Shown in pieces: positions 23,555 to 36,837 of a stretch of DNA of 36,837 nt. The notes under the pieces were generated by a model. That model worked only from the letters and a program-made list of their open reading frames with translations. It was not told the origin of the DNA and did not search any database. Origin of the DNA: Catajapyx aquilonaris (taxonomy: Eukaryota); NCBI GenBank assembly GCA_000934665.2, contig KZ539004.1:1-36837 (forward strand), written 5' to 3'. Each line of letters begins with the position of its first letter. Within the stretch, counting starts at the first letter, position 1. Made by a program: the position numbers and the translations under genes.

Positions 23555-23661
23555 CAAAATGGCGTCCAAAATCGCACCACAGGCACTGGATTGCGCATAG
23601 CAACACACCATGACGTCATTGATCCAAGATGTCCGCCCTGCACCACAGCAAACGGTCCAAT
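23555..23661. promoter_or_regulatory. Promoter/enhancer-like motif cluster (YY1, CRE, RFX half-site, CCAAT)
   Basis: CAAAATGGCG (23555-23564), TTGCGCAT (23591-23598), CATAGCAAC (23596-23604), perfect palindrome ATGACGTCAT (23610-23619), CAAGATGTCCGCC (23625-23637) and CCAAT (23657-23661), all within ~110 bp. Confidence 0.4.
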
Positions 23662-26600
23662 CAGGCGAAACAGCCTTGCAAATAAATTAAGGCCCCAGTC
23701 ATCAGCCTGCAAACGACCATGTGACCAGCAAACCTTCTAGAGAAAAGTAGCACACCAGACGGAATTGTTTTAAATTCATTGCATTACCGCCATATCCACA
23801 CAGCAGTCTGCCTCCAAGCATCCGCCATGATACTTCCAGATATCTCTGCCGCAGAAATGACCACGCGTAATCTCCAGCCAACCCCTCCAGGAGGAAGAAT
23901 GATTCCGGCCACAGGACAAAACTACAGAAAGTTACGCTGACAAGCTTATTTCCAGTGGTGCAGAGTCGAGGGATTTTTTTTTTTTTTGGGTACAAGAAAA
24001 TGACTTCAATCTACTGGAAGTGACATTACCAGCAAAGAGCAGCAATTACACGGCCAGAAAGTGACGCTGTCACCTTTTCCACTATGCACATACGTCCGTC
24101 TTATCTCTCAACACCCTTTTTTTCGGGATGTAGGCACGACCTATACGTATGCTATCAGTCTGCTGGAAAAAATGAAGATTGACGCTCTTCACGTCACGCT
24201 ACGTTGCATCACCAGGCAAAGTTTTCTGAAGGCCTTTTTGCCCAACATTAACCTAGGGGGAAAAATTGGACGTACACTTTCGTACTGAGCCTTAAAATGC
24301 GGTGTATTATCACGCCTGAGCGGAGTGAACGATTGGACAAATATTTGTGCTCAGACGAACAGGTTGTGTTTTTTTTTGTGTGTGTAAAGGTCTGTGTTTT
24401 ATGAGGTGAAAGATTCGTTTGCATTTATTATTAATATTGCTCTGGGCTAGAGCAGACCTCATAACGGCATAACGCAATATTAAATATGAATAATGTACAT
24501 TCGCCATCGCTGTAGGGAAATCTTGCTCCTTATTTGCTTTAACTATACACACTCCACATGATGTCTAAAATTATTTATCTGAAGTATACGTTGAATGTGA
24601 TAGAAACAGCTGTTCATTTTAAATAATTACACAGGAACAGTCATGACATAAAATAGTCATTATGCTCACTCTACTAACTCTACTAATTCATTCATAAAGT
24701 GCAAATAATCCTGACTAAATGAAATCGCCATATACGTACTTCAAGTATTTCAGCGTGTTCATACGTGTAGTCATATACTATCAGAAATTTTAATTACGTA
24801 GGAAAATGTATTTCGTGTGCGTTATAAAGCATATAAAGTAATCTAATATCGGAAAATATTGACAATTTCCCTGAGAATGTAGTCACCTAATTTTCAGTGG
24901 AAAACTGAGAGATGTCTCCCATCAGGTATTCCCTCCAAAATGTCAACAAATAAGCAAACAGTTAATTTGACTGTACAAGTGTACAATAACAATGATTTCG
25001 TCACAATGAATTTGTTAAGTTCATAGGCACGAATCTGCAGGTTCATGCAACTAATCATTTCCCTCAAAAGCCCAAAATATTAATTAACGCAATATTACGT
25101 TTTGTTACGTATCAATGATGGCATTTTCATACTAGAGCATATATTGACAACAACATCCTATCATTTTAAGAGGACGTCTAAATTTAGAGCACATTAATGA
25201 GGTTCACGCCTTAAATCTCGACCTGAAATTCAACCCCCCCTTTCATCCTCCAATAGGTATTAATAACTGGGATCTAGTCGTGTTTGCAAATATTAAGCCA
25301 TGTAATTAGCAGGGTCACAAGACCTGCGTTCCCATGTTGATTTCCCAGAGGATGCAACAAGAACCAAGGAATTCCAAGGTTGTATCCACATCTTCCACTT
25401 AATCTACTGGCTCCTAATATTTTAAAAATATATACATTCTTTGCTCCCCCAAAATTAATCTCAACCCTTTGGCTTTGATCAACTATTAATGGACTCTAAG
25501 AAAAAAAAATCGAAAACAAGATGAGATCGATCCTTCTCACAGGATCAATTCTGTCGTCGTTTCCTTTAATAAATACACTCTCCCCCGCAACAAAAAGCGG
25601 CGTCTGTAACATTATCAGAATCGGCACGAAATGCCAATATTCGCGACGATGTTTCGCACAAAAGATCGATGCAAACGAATCCTCATCCTGAAAATAAATT
25701 CCCCTCAACTCTCTCCAAATTTTTTCATATGAAAATGTAAGAAAAAAAAATCGATTCCAGACCTTGAAACCGGTCCTGCCAACGGTTGCAAACTTCGTAA
25801 ATGTCCTACTGTTCTGGTAACCTAATTAAACCTCCGTTACATGTCCACAGGGCGAATAGGTACGGGGTAGAAAAAAAAAATTACACCAGATCCAACGACC
25901 AATTTAATTATCTTTTACTCCCCTAGAACACTGATGGAAATAGGTGATAAAAAGCCTGGAATCTCATCCGGACCTAGAACCTCTTTTTTTGGCGAAAGTT
26001 CCTGCCTTTATGTATCGAAAAAAGCGGGGTGACATCTGATCATGCAATTAGTAAGAGCTGGTTAAATTAAATTTTGGGTGAGCCTGCACCAGAAAACGTG
26101 TTAGCCTTTGCCAGAGCTCTTGGAAAGTGGAAAAGTGAATGGGGAGAGTCCGATGCCAATGGGATGCAAGTCTAGTGGAAACGGCAGCCAATAGACAGCC
26201 CGACACTAATGTAAATAGACGCTATACACATAGAGGGTCATACCCAGGCCATATAAAGTATTCTAAAACTCCTAAAAAGTACGAATATTTATGAACATAA
26301 CTGATTATGGTAGATATTTCTATTTATTGTTTGTTTTATTTCATATGCTGCGCTCGTAGAAAAATCTAGTGTCAATTTCACGCAATTTTCATCCATTTTT
26401 GGTCTAATGCTTACCATTTTAGATTCAAATCAAGCTACATTTTAAGTACAGATTTTCTCCGCAAGTTTTTGACCAATTGCATACTTTTTGCTAATTAAAA
26501 ATAACCAGATATCGTAGCTACTAACAATTTGTGTTAACCCATCTCCGATTGACTGGTAACATCAAGGAAAGGACGAAAAAAAATCCAATTTTAGAGTAAA

Positions 26601-27877
26601 CTTATTATCACGGGACCCCTTGCCTCGGAGCAAGTTTTTCCATCCCCCAAACCGCTCGTTTGTTTGTGTATGCAAACGAAGATCGGAAACTCTGTGGCAA
26701 TCGAGCTAAAACCTACGCTCAGGGCAGTCCAAAAAAACCCAAAAGACTCGAGCAAAAAAAATAATTTCGGACCGAAGAACTTCGAATTGGTAATCAACAC
26801 ATTGCCCTATATTTTACTCCAACCGCAGAAATTTTACTGCCTCAGATCGCATCAGACAGAGTCATTGAGAGTATCCAACAGGAAAACGCGCCGCCCTTGT
26901 TCGTATTTTGCCGATTTAATTTACGTTCCTCCGCAATTCCCAGCCAAAGTACGGGTTGCGTCAATTAAAGGACACAACAGGAAAAAGCACTTTGGATTCG
27001 ACTAATTCTGCGTAATGTTTCAGCCCATTTTTTTTGAGAGAAATTTGCCAACTTACCTTCACGCTCTCCATTTGGCCATGGCCGTGGGTCCGAACCAGGC
27101 CATCGTTGGGAGGAAAAAAGATCACCTTATAAAAACCACGACCCCAAGAGTTTGGGTACCGACCGTCACCTCGAGACTTTGGTGCTAAACTGACTGGCAA
27201 GAGGCCCCGGTGTCAGCCGGCTGGTATAAAGGAACAGGAGGAACTAGGGGTGTACACCAGACAAGCGCGGTTGCCTCCGTTGACTGCGATTGCGCCTGGA
27301 GCTACTCTCTGCACCATACATACGTGTGAGAGGACTAAGTACTGGCTCACATATAACGAAAAAAATAATTCTAATATGAGAGCGACTAAAGACGAACCTC
27401 TGAGAATTCAAGTTTCAGCAATTATGGCCACGATGTAACTACGTACATAATACATGCAATCAGCACCTTAAAGAATCTCCAGGATGTTTCCAGAATCATT
27501 ATGGCACACATTGTCCAAATTATAAGAAACTTAATCCCAAAAGTTAGCAACATGGACGAAATCGGCGGTTATTTTAAAGAACACTTCAGGCAGTGAATGT
27601 GTAGCTGTGCAGTGGTTTGCACAAGAGAGGGTTTGAAACCACTGCCAGGGTACAATTTCCCAGAGTCGAGCTTACATATACCTATAGGCTGGGAGCAGTG
27701 CCGACCAAAAATACTCGTCGTAAACAATCTATACTGCTGTACTTTTCGGATAAAAACCAGATGCCGTCGCTATGTAGTGGCCAAGTTTTTTTTCCCCCCA
27801 AGTCGAATCTAGAACTGCTCAAGACAATAACTAAATGCCACAAAATGAAATAGAGTCTTAGATGTGTTCAGCAAAAC

Positions 27878-28010
27878 CTGTGGCTTTTAGCTTTTAGGTC
27901 ACCTATTAGGCTCACGAGTTTGATTTCCTGGTCGGACAGAGAATTTTCTAGTGTGGGAAATAATATTCAGTGAGTTCTCTCCGTTCTCGTGTGGAATTCT
28001 CGGATGTTTC
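27878..28010 (+). mobile_element. Heavily decayed tRNA-derived SINE fragment (V-SINE-like core)
   Basis: B-box-like gagtttgatttcc (27916-27928), followed by gttctctccgttctcgtgtggaattctcggatg (from 27974), which resembles the gttctccccgtg..gtgggtttcctccggg core of V-type SINEs; no TSD seen. Confidence 0.35.
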
Positions 28011-31000
28011 TGAATACTGAACATTTTGAATAAAATCATAATCGAGAAATAATTGCTCGAGCACGGTATTATAATATTAAATTATATATATTTTAATATT
28101 ACACTCGTACTTTCCTCATAGACATAGGCCTACATGATCATGCTGGTATATAGTAAGCTACGAGCACAGTAAACGGCAGGTGAAACATGTCACAAAAAAT
28201 ATAATGTAATCAAATCAATACAGGTAGAATTATTCTGCGAACGCAACAAAGCAAACTACATAATGTAGCGTGCTACAACATAATTATGCTACATCTATAC
28301 ATGGCTCACATGACACAGCCGGTGCTTTACATATAACACAAAATGAAAGTTCAAAGTGCTAGGCTACAACTTAACCAAACAGGAGCAGCCCTCTCTTCAT
28401 ATGTATTTTCTCATCGTTCCCTCGAGTGTATTACGATCAAATAAACATAGGAAAATCCGCGAGTATCTTTTGGAACATGTCGTTCCCATCCTGTAGCAAC
28501 ATCCAAAACAGGCTGGCTAAACAACATATCTCTTCAAAATATGCGACTGGTTTTGGAGAGAGTCAATAATAACTACCCGCACTCCTTCCTTCCCACTGTG
28601 GATAAAAAAACCCGAGAGATTAAGCGGTGTAATACAACCCGGCCAGCAATATCGTAATGAATAAACGATGGCTCATAAATACATAATGTGTTCAGCAGAA
28701 ATGGGCCTTTCTACTCGCTAGCTTAAATGCGTGTAATGCGGTATTCCACATAGTAATGTTTCTAATGTTTTATACGCCACACTATAAGAAAAATGGCAAA
28801 TACAATCAGCTTAAAAACTACATATAAACTGATATATTTACACAGGAAATGTCAAGAAACAAAATTTAATTGTGTTTGTACAACTTGAAATAATTGTGTT
28901 TAGGTAACTTGTTTAATAAATTATTTGAACAGCATAATGGTATCAATATTATTGAAAGAGCATTGTTTAGTTTCGGCTCATTGCCGCACGGGAGTAATTG
29001 GAACTCATTGCGACAATGTTTACGTCATTGAAAAAAATCAATTTATTATGTGGAAGAATAATATATATTCAAATCCTCGGTTGAGATGTGTAGAAATACT
29101 AAAATTAGCGCCAGTAGCCTGTGTACTATATCTATGAACAGGTATATTTTGGATTTTTGGCTAAATTAATTCGCTTTCGAGCATTTAAATATTATGCAGT
29201 ATGAATTAATTATATGAACACAGGAGGGTATAATATAGTTACTGTAAATATATCACGCATCAATATTGCCAATATAATTTTCTTTACGAATTAAAATATA
29301 TTACTGAAGCGTAAAATGAATTAAATCCACTGTGTTGAGCTCTCGGCGTGTGGAATATCTGGCGGTCTAAAAATAATCCCGCAAAAAATAGAAAAGTGCA
29401 GATATCTAACTACTAAACTTAGCTACATTATCGGAAAGTTCCTCAACAAAGAAATGAAAAGCGTTGAAAATTCATATCCCAACAATGAACTCTTTTGTGT
29501 AGCATATACAGAGAGTGCCATACTCCAACTGCCTTAAACAAGAAGTAGGAAAACTTCTCGTATCTACCATGCAGCTTTTTTCCCCTTTTGTTCCATTCCC
29601 GCGGCATCTTCCCCGCCCTTTGAGACTTCATCCCGGTAGGCAAGAAAGCTCCTTCAGGGAAGCATTTATTTTTTAAGGTAAGCCTGCTGCATGCGTGAAG
29701 GGGGCTGGACGTAACCAGACTTGAAAATGGCACAAGGTTGACTCGCAAGAAAGAAAAGAAAGAAGAAACTCCTAGAGAGATGTTGCAGGAAGATGCAGCA
29801 TTATTCTAATGCCAAGCTTTTCTTACAAAATGTAGAATTTGCTTGTGTTATAGACAGTAGTGCACTTATTCACCTGATTTTATGACATTTTATTGCAACT
29901 CTAAGTGTGATAAAATATTTTTGCTATTGATTGCAGAAGACAATTTGTTGAAATCACTCATATGAAAGCTATTTATTAATAACATAAGTTAGACAAAAAT
30001 ATTGACTTCAAATCATACCCCAAGTTATTATATAATAATTTTCAAATATTTAATTTTTTTCTCATAAATAATTCAAACTCTGAAATCTCCTCAGCAATTT
30101 ATTGTGTATTCCTGCTACTTTTCCAGTTTGCCTTTTAATTTCATGACTTTCATACAGATAAAATAAAACTACTTTCGCATTGCCACAAGCGCAATAATCA
30201 GAATTTCATGAAGATTCTCAAGTTGCTGAAACTGCTTTCCAAAGTTTGGAGGGAGAGGATAAAATTAACTAATGCTCTGTTATGGCTGCAAGTTCATCCA
30301 AGAAAGAGGCGTTACACCATTGGTTAATAAAATATCTGCGCAATTGATAGCCCATACCCGACTGTCTCTTAATAAATGGAGTGCCTGTTATTCCCTTACT
30401 TATTTCGCAATTTATTTGCTGCAACCCAACACAGCTCGGATTTTCTCAATTACTCTGCATGCAACTCCAATCGCGAAATATGATTCAATCTTTTTTCTTT
30501 CTTCTTCTTCAGATTCAATTGGCACTTCATTGCCGAGGCTCATCTAGAGTAAGTCAATTTCCGCATCATTTTTTTTTCAATCCTCCGCTTCAATTTCCCT
30601 TCTTCTTTAGAGGCAGCTTCTCAAGTTGACTCTCAAGAACTGCGTTATTAAACGTCATCCTGGCTGGGGAGTGCCTCCCTGCTTTTAATATGCAAAAAAA
30701 AAGAGCGCGGATTATTAATAAAAAATGAAATCATAAAGCTGGCCTCCTCCGAGATTAGACATGATTCAGTTAAGTCTGACTTGCTTACTCATGAATTAGT
30801 CACAAATCAAGGCCACTTTTCCGCATAAACAAGTAAAAATTCATCAAGTTCCAGGATCTGTCACAGTCATTTTTTTCAAACAAAACTGATGTCCCATGAA
30901 TTATAAATTGTGTCCTGGGAAATTGTTAAACTCAATGGGATTAAATGGGTGTAACTTTTTTCTCTCATCCATAACCATCAGTTAAGCCATAATTTCCCTT

Positions 31001-33006
31001 CATAAAACTGGTCTTAACTACCTCACTTCCAACAATGCCCAAGCTCATCCGCATGTCCCAATAAAACTGCTCAACTTTTTCCCTAAAAAAACTCCTCAAT
31101 GTATTTATCTCCCACCTTATTCACCTCAGGCGTTTTATCCGGGGAAAAAAGCTCCGTGAGTCGACCCATAGAAGCACCTTTTTTTCATCCTCCGGAATCA
31201 GAAACGAACACCGGAACTCGCCTTGAAACCTTTTCATATAAAACTCTTCACACTTCCGCAATCACAGAGAGTGTAGAAAGGGAAATTGATCCCTTTGTCA
31301 AATTTCCATTTCAGGCCCCAGAAAAAAAAGTGAGGATTCTGTAAAGACAATTGGTAGTTGTGATGGCGGTATCAAAGCGACCTGGAAGAAAAGAATTCAA
31401 AGTCTGGAGGATTGCAAAAAAAATCGGTTTCATTGCGTCAATTCTATGCCCCCCGGAATGACAGACTATCGCTTTTTTTGCTCCAGTACACCACGACTAC
31501 CACATGGCCTTTTTTTCTTCAAAAAAAAAAAACAGATAGAAAACCCCCTAGAGTTTTTCAATCAAACTGATGAACAGAGCAACCGTTCAGGAAATGTTTT
31601 AAAACAAGCCGCTTATCCACAATCTCCCTGCGAATTGTAACAAATCACACGAAAGAGCCATGGAAATCCCAGATGCAATTTTCCTCTGTGTGTGTTAGGT
31701 GAGAGAGTGTGCCAATCATATTTTTTTTGGTGCAAACAACATATCATGGCAAAGTCTGAAAAACCCGCTGCCGAATGACTAATTATGACAACACTCCTTC
31801 TCTACTTAAACTGAGTGACTTTAAGAGAACAACCGGTTGCAATGTCCAGGCTCTCTTTATACATATCCGGGATTTTTTTTCCCAGGCTCGACCGGAATTC
31901 CCAAAATGAATCTCATAATACCTGGTGTCCTGTGAAGGGAATGCGATTAGTGTAAACAGGGGAATTCCCTAGCCCTCCTTTCCACACCGCGGTCTGCGAG
32001 CTAAATGAACATTATGCTAGCCTACTTTTGGTCGGAATGGGTGTGCCTCAATGCCCGAGGGGACAAGAGATGGGGGAATGTCCACAAAACCAGAAGGAAA
32101 AAAAAGCCTATCATGATTGCGTTTGTACATGTGGAAAAAAATTGGAGGGGGGGGCAGTGACTATAGGGTATTGCAAAATAATAGCGGGGATATCATAATT
32201 TCTTAATATAAGTGGTGCACGAATTTAATTCGAAATCTTTCTGGCTGTCATACACTTAATAATATACTGTATTAAACAGTTATGTTAAATTTATTAGAAA
32301 GTTAGTACTAATTTGCATACTTTATTAGCAAGTGTTGTATTGGATAGTTTGCTTCAATGTGTTAAAGAGTGTATAGCAACATTTTCAGAAGTTTCTTGAG
32401 TATAGAATGTGACTGAAATAAGTGCGTGAAACTAATTTAACGCCACAAACCCGCATTAAAGTTCGGCCTTCCGTACATTTGACACAAATGAAACCTCTTT
32501 GTCACTCTCAGGACACATAATTTTTTTTTCTCTCTCACTCGTCATTCATTATGAACTTGGCCGAATGCGTGTGTGCAACAAAGCGAGAAGTTCATAAATC
32601 TGGTGCTACATAAATCAGTGGCATGAATCAAATCCTGTGTATGCCTACGCTCATTATTCTGATGTTAATTAAAATTCATAACAGTTCAACCTACTATTAG
32701 TAGCTAATATTTTCACTAACACTTCCCAATAATGAACCAGAAGTGACAGATTAATAATGAGCAGTTTTATGACAAAAAATTGCAAACCACTCCGAAGGCT
32801 GCCCACATATGTCAGCTTATTGCGATTTCTTTGTATTATTGTATATACAGTAACTTACAGTAAACATTTTCCAACAAATTCTTCCATTTCTTTCAACCAA
32901 AGTGTAACCGAAAATCCTGTTTGTTAAAGGTGCCCGACCAGTCAAGATGACAAATCCATGCAAACAAAAACCCCACCTTCTCTCGCATTTCGCCAATTCC
33001 ACTTAC

Positions 33007-33075
33007 ATTTTCCACCTTTCTGCACAACCGACGACGCCACAATAAAACAGGATCATCCAACACTCCAGTAATCAC
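33007..33075 (-). other. Candidate 69-nt exon (or 3' part of a first exon) on the minus strand
   Basis: Minus strand reads ...tttttttgcgggttgcatgtcttcag|GTGATT...GGAAAAT|gtaagt, with a consensus donor and a plausible acceptor; one frame is open (VITGVLDDPVLLWRRRLCRKVEN). Confidence 0.25.
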
Positions 33076-33562
33076 CTGAAGACATGCAACCCGCAAAAAA
33101 AAGAGGATACAGATCTTTACTTCCAGACAGAAATTTTCATTAAAGGCCAATTTTGGAAGCGTTGGAAGTCCTCGTGAATATTTTACGGCCCTGTGACTTC
33201 CTCGACCGAGTATTAGCAAAACGGAGAAGAAGATCTCAGAGGGCGATGACAAATTCCAAGTGTTCTCCGCAGTTGTTAGAGAGATAGTGCAACGGGGAGA
33301 GAGCTAGAGAGAGAGAGAGATGCGAAGGGTGTAATTCCCTCACTTTCGTCCCTGCACTTATTTATAGCAAGAAACTATTCCCAGCCGGTGCCTTCTGCAG
33401 GGTCATCAAGAGAGATAAACAGCTGTGTCTTGGACACCCCCCACAAAAATTGTGTCCAACTGAAGCGCTTGAACGAAACTGGGGCGTATGTAACACGTTT
33501 TTGAAACATTACGTCCTTCTGGTCATAATTTAGACAGTAATGCCAACGGGTGGGGATGCCAA

Positions 33563-33645
33563 GCGCTGAAGGCGCGCGAATGGGGCGAAGCCCAATTGAG
33601 GGGACGGGGGGAAGGGGACGAAGCCCCACCGCCGAGCGTAGCGAG
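33563..33645. repeat. GC-rich repeat fragment with serial GNA-triloop mini-hairpins
   Basis: gcgct-gaa-ggcgc (33563-33575), gggc-gaa-gccc (33583-33593), ggggac-gaa-gcccc (33614-33627), gc-gta-gc (33636-33642). Confidence 0.55.
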
Positions 33646-35060
33646 TCATATAGAATTGGCAATTGGCATTTTGTCCTCTGTGACTTATCACCAACGTGCA
33701 TGTATCACTACTTTTTCCCTTTAGAGCAGCAGTAGTGTGCAGTAGCGCCATCTACATGAGGAACATGATACTACTAGATAACCTTTCTTGCTCTCTGATC
33801 CTACCAATTGATCCAGCCAGTTTCTCCGAAGATCACAACCTCGAGAATCGTTATGTAGCAACTCCTTGGGATATGCCTTGACTCCAAATCCTATAGTGAA
33901 GGTGTTTAGACCCTGTTGTTGTCGTTATGCTAAGTTTCCGCTTCCTTTAAGCCCCTTTCCAGAAACTGCCTTAAGATTGGCCTGTCTCCAAAAAAACTAT
34001 TCCTTTTAAGCCCTTAATGCTCATGACTTGCACATTGTGTGCAGTGCGATCCTCACTCCGGCTTCTCCTTTCCATTTTGAGTCCGGGGATTAATAGTGCC
34101 GATCATTTTGGCACGTTTTGCCAAGAAGGAATTAGGAAACGGGTAGTTTTTTCCCCATAGTCTCTGAAAAGAAGGGTAGGCGAGAATCCTCGACATTTAT
34201 TAATCATAGTGGAATACGAGTAATGCTATAGCTTAATTTCAAATTCTGTGACAGTGGCTCTGATCCGAGTGAAAATTAATAATGGTGGAGCTTTCTGCAA
34301 TATGTATGTACACTGCATTTAAATGGAGTGATGATTGCAGTGTACGTGCACATGAGGGGACCGGCTGTAATTATCAAATAAACTGTGAGTGATGAACAAG
34401 GAGCCTCCATTATTAACATGGTAATTATATTTGCTGCAACTAGAGACTTTCAGGCGTTAGTTCAGTCCGTAAATTTATCGCAAATTTGGGCGGAAGTTAC
34501 CACTGTAATCAATCACAAACTGCAAGTTTACACTTTGCATTACAGTACTTTACAGTACCGAAAACTGTGTGAAATTTGATTATTCGGCAGAAGTAGGAAA
34601 ATTAAGATCATTTTTCTCACTAACACGTGTGGGACTTATCACAATTTGAAAGGATGATCAGACCACATTACCGCATTTCCCCTCCACCAAAAAAGCTGCA
34701 CTATTTGGCGCATTCAGTGCGAAATTTGAAGCACTTTCCACTAAATCCAATTGCTCGAACCTTTGCACAGTAAGTACTAACACACCAGCAGGGCAGAGTA
34801 CGTTTCACCATGCAGTTCCGTTTGTATTGGAATTCTAGAAATTAAATTACTGGCACTGCGGTCGACCGAAGGAATCCCTGGAGATGACTGCAACCCGAAA
34901 GGAGAAGAAGCCATTTTAGGAAACCTAATGACATTCCCCCAGCCAAGCGAGCCAATCAGAATGCTAAGCGTCTCTTGAATAACCATCATGTGATTCACAT
35001 TTTTTACTAGAAATGTCCAGAAAATTATTCGCCATTGAACTAGCATTTATGTTAAACTTA

Positions 35061-35362
35061 TACAGATGATGTATTTACGAGCGAAACCGAGTGCGCACTA
35101 CAGTTCGCGCAGCGTGCAGGGTTGGCATTATCAATAATATCTGGGTGTAGCCTACTGCGCTCCACTTATTTCCTAGGCTGCGCTTGGGGGGAAAACAAAA
35201 TGGCCGACTTTTCCGACGTTGCCAAAGCTCTGAACAAACCTCAGAGGCTACTGGTGCGAATTTGACCCCTGGGGAATATTTCTGGCAACGTTGTTGTCAG
35301 AAGAATAGAGCTGCGCGAGTGTAGGTGCGTACTCGGTTGCGATCGTAAATTTTTTTATCTAT
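35061..35362 (-). mobile_element. MITE family 1, copy D (inverted, best-preserved TIRs)
   Basis: TIRs atttacgagcgaaaccgagtgcgcac (from 35073) / gtgcgtactcggttgcgatcgtaaat (to 35350); the interior is the reverse complement of copies B and C (gggttggcattatcaata, cacttatttcc, cgacgttgccaaa). Confidence 0.85.
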
Positions 35363-36837
35363 ATAGTAGCGACCATAGAAACCAGATAGAAACAGGTTGC
35401 CATAGAAATCAAACCCTGCCTTTTAGCCTATACTTATATAGGGATTGAATCTTAACTAAAGCGTAAGTTAAAGCTTACTCCATGTTGGTTTTAACACTAG
35501 CTGAGAGTGCTAATCACCCCTTTTAAGAGCCATTTAAAAACCAACATGTTTTTAAAACCAAAGAGCCTGAAAGAGACGGTCACGTTTCAAGTGCCCTTGC
35601 GGTGGGGGATTTCAGGATAAAACTCGTCCAAGCCTAAAGACATGCTCAGCTAACCATAAACAAACACCTGGAGGCTAAAAATCATATGATAACGAGCCGT
35701 TGAGTACGCTTGGTGCCATCATCATCATCGCCTGGTAAATAAGAACCCAGGGATATGGCCCAGGTGGAAAGGTCTGACGCTTCAAACTCATTAACATGGC
35801 TACTGTAACCTTTCAGCAATGTACCTGTCCATGGAAGCTGGAAAAGTTTAGCTAAAAACAACCACCTGGAAACTCGAAGCCTAGCTCTAGGATGCTGGAC
35901 AGTATTTTTTGACAAATTACATACGCTATTCATGGCACCAAAGAGAAACCGAGAATGTACCGACTCATAACAAGTCCACTAACAACATCAGAGCTCAAGT
36001 TACTCTTTCCCGGACACAGGACCGCAGGAACATTCAGGAGAAAACACACAGGGTGTTGCACTGCCCATGCTCAGTTTGTTACCCAAACAAATGGGTATGA
36101 AATTGATATGTAGATTTTAAAACTTTGCCTTTCATAATATAATAATGATATAGATATATTCTGTATATAGTTGATGCGGTAAACAGTATCCTTTCTACCT
36201 CTAAGTGTAGACTTGGGTAGTGCACCACCCTGTATAAACATGGAGGAGAAACTTGTTGGTAACTAATGCGGAGTTATGCACATTGCATTTAGTTGCATGA
36301 AATTTCGTCGGCAGTTTAGGCAAATCGAGGTGTGAAACCGGATGAACCTGATTTTGAAACTTGACTGGAACACTTCCAGCTGTGTCAAAATGGCAAACAC
36401 TGGGCCAAATTTAAGTTGTCATGTGCAACCTGGTGTGTACTGTAGTTAAAGCCCCTTCTTACTTGGAAAACCGTTGAAACAATCAGGAAAAAAGCATGAC
36501 ATACAGCGAATGCAATTTTTCTAACATTAAACCTACGAGCAAAAATATCAATGAAAATAATGCACCGAGCCAAAGAAAAATCCGCTTCACAATGAATCAA
36601 GACGGGTAAAAAGATCATTGCCACGATGAGTTTAGCAGCACTTTAAAATAGCAAATTTTTTAGCTAAATCTTCTTAATATTCGCACTATTCCAAGAGCCT
36701 GGATCGATTTTCTGGTCGGCAAAATCAACACACGTAAACTAGTGTGACGTATCGCCAAATCCTGATAATTAAACTGGGGGGGATTTCGCGCAATACGTTT
36801 CGCCTACTTGCTCCCGGATTATAGAGATTTTAGGCCC

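Noticed and set aside
27225..27231. TATAAAG in a GC-rich context
   Set aside because: No supported exon or ATG-initiated ORF downstream; a single motif is insufficient

Overview
This window is AT-rich, essentially non-coding DNA from a eukaryote. It is probably a marine invertebrate, inferred only from the repeat style, poly-G/poly-C runs and microsatellites. None of the supplied ORFs resembles a protein family I recognise, and I found no rRNA, intact tRNA or CRISPR array. The recognisable content is non-autonomous mobile DNA: (1) a 240-bp retroposed element (14874-15113) with a perfect 10-bp TSD, a 5' part resembling the RTE-clade LINE 5' UTR that can fold into a pseudoknot, and an (AAACC)3 tail, inserted into a ~65-bp minisatellite; (2) a full-length tRNA(Ala)-derived SINE with a 15-bp TSD (17602-17959); (3) a ~630-bp near-perfect palindrome with almost no spacer (18090-18720); (4) four copies of one ~300-bp TIR-bearing MITE family; (5) a second palindromic MITE carrying CCAAT/CRE motifs (9784-10133); (6) a Helentron/HINE-like relic. 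These elements cluster at ~7-10 kb and ~14-19.5 kb. Long repeat-poor stretches carry many homeodomain-type motifs and a few promoter-like clusters, as expected of a large intron or regulatory desert. The most interesting candidate for an undescribed system is the structured, tRNA-less RTE-type mini-retroposon, a possible self-cleaving ribozyme. All alignments and foldings were done by eye.
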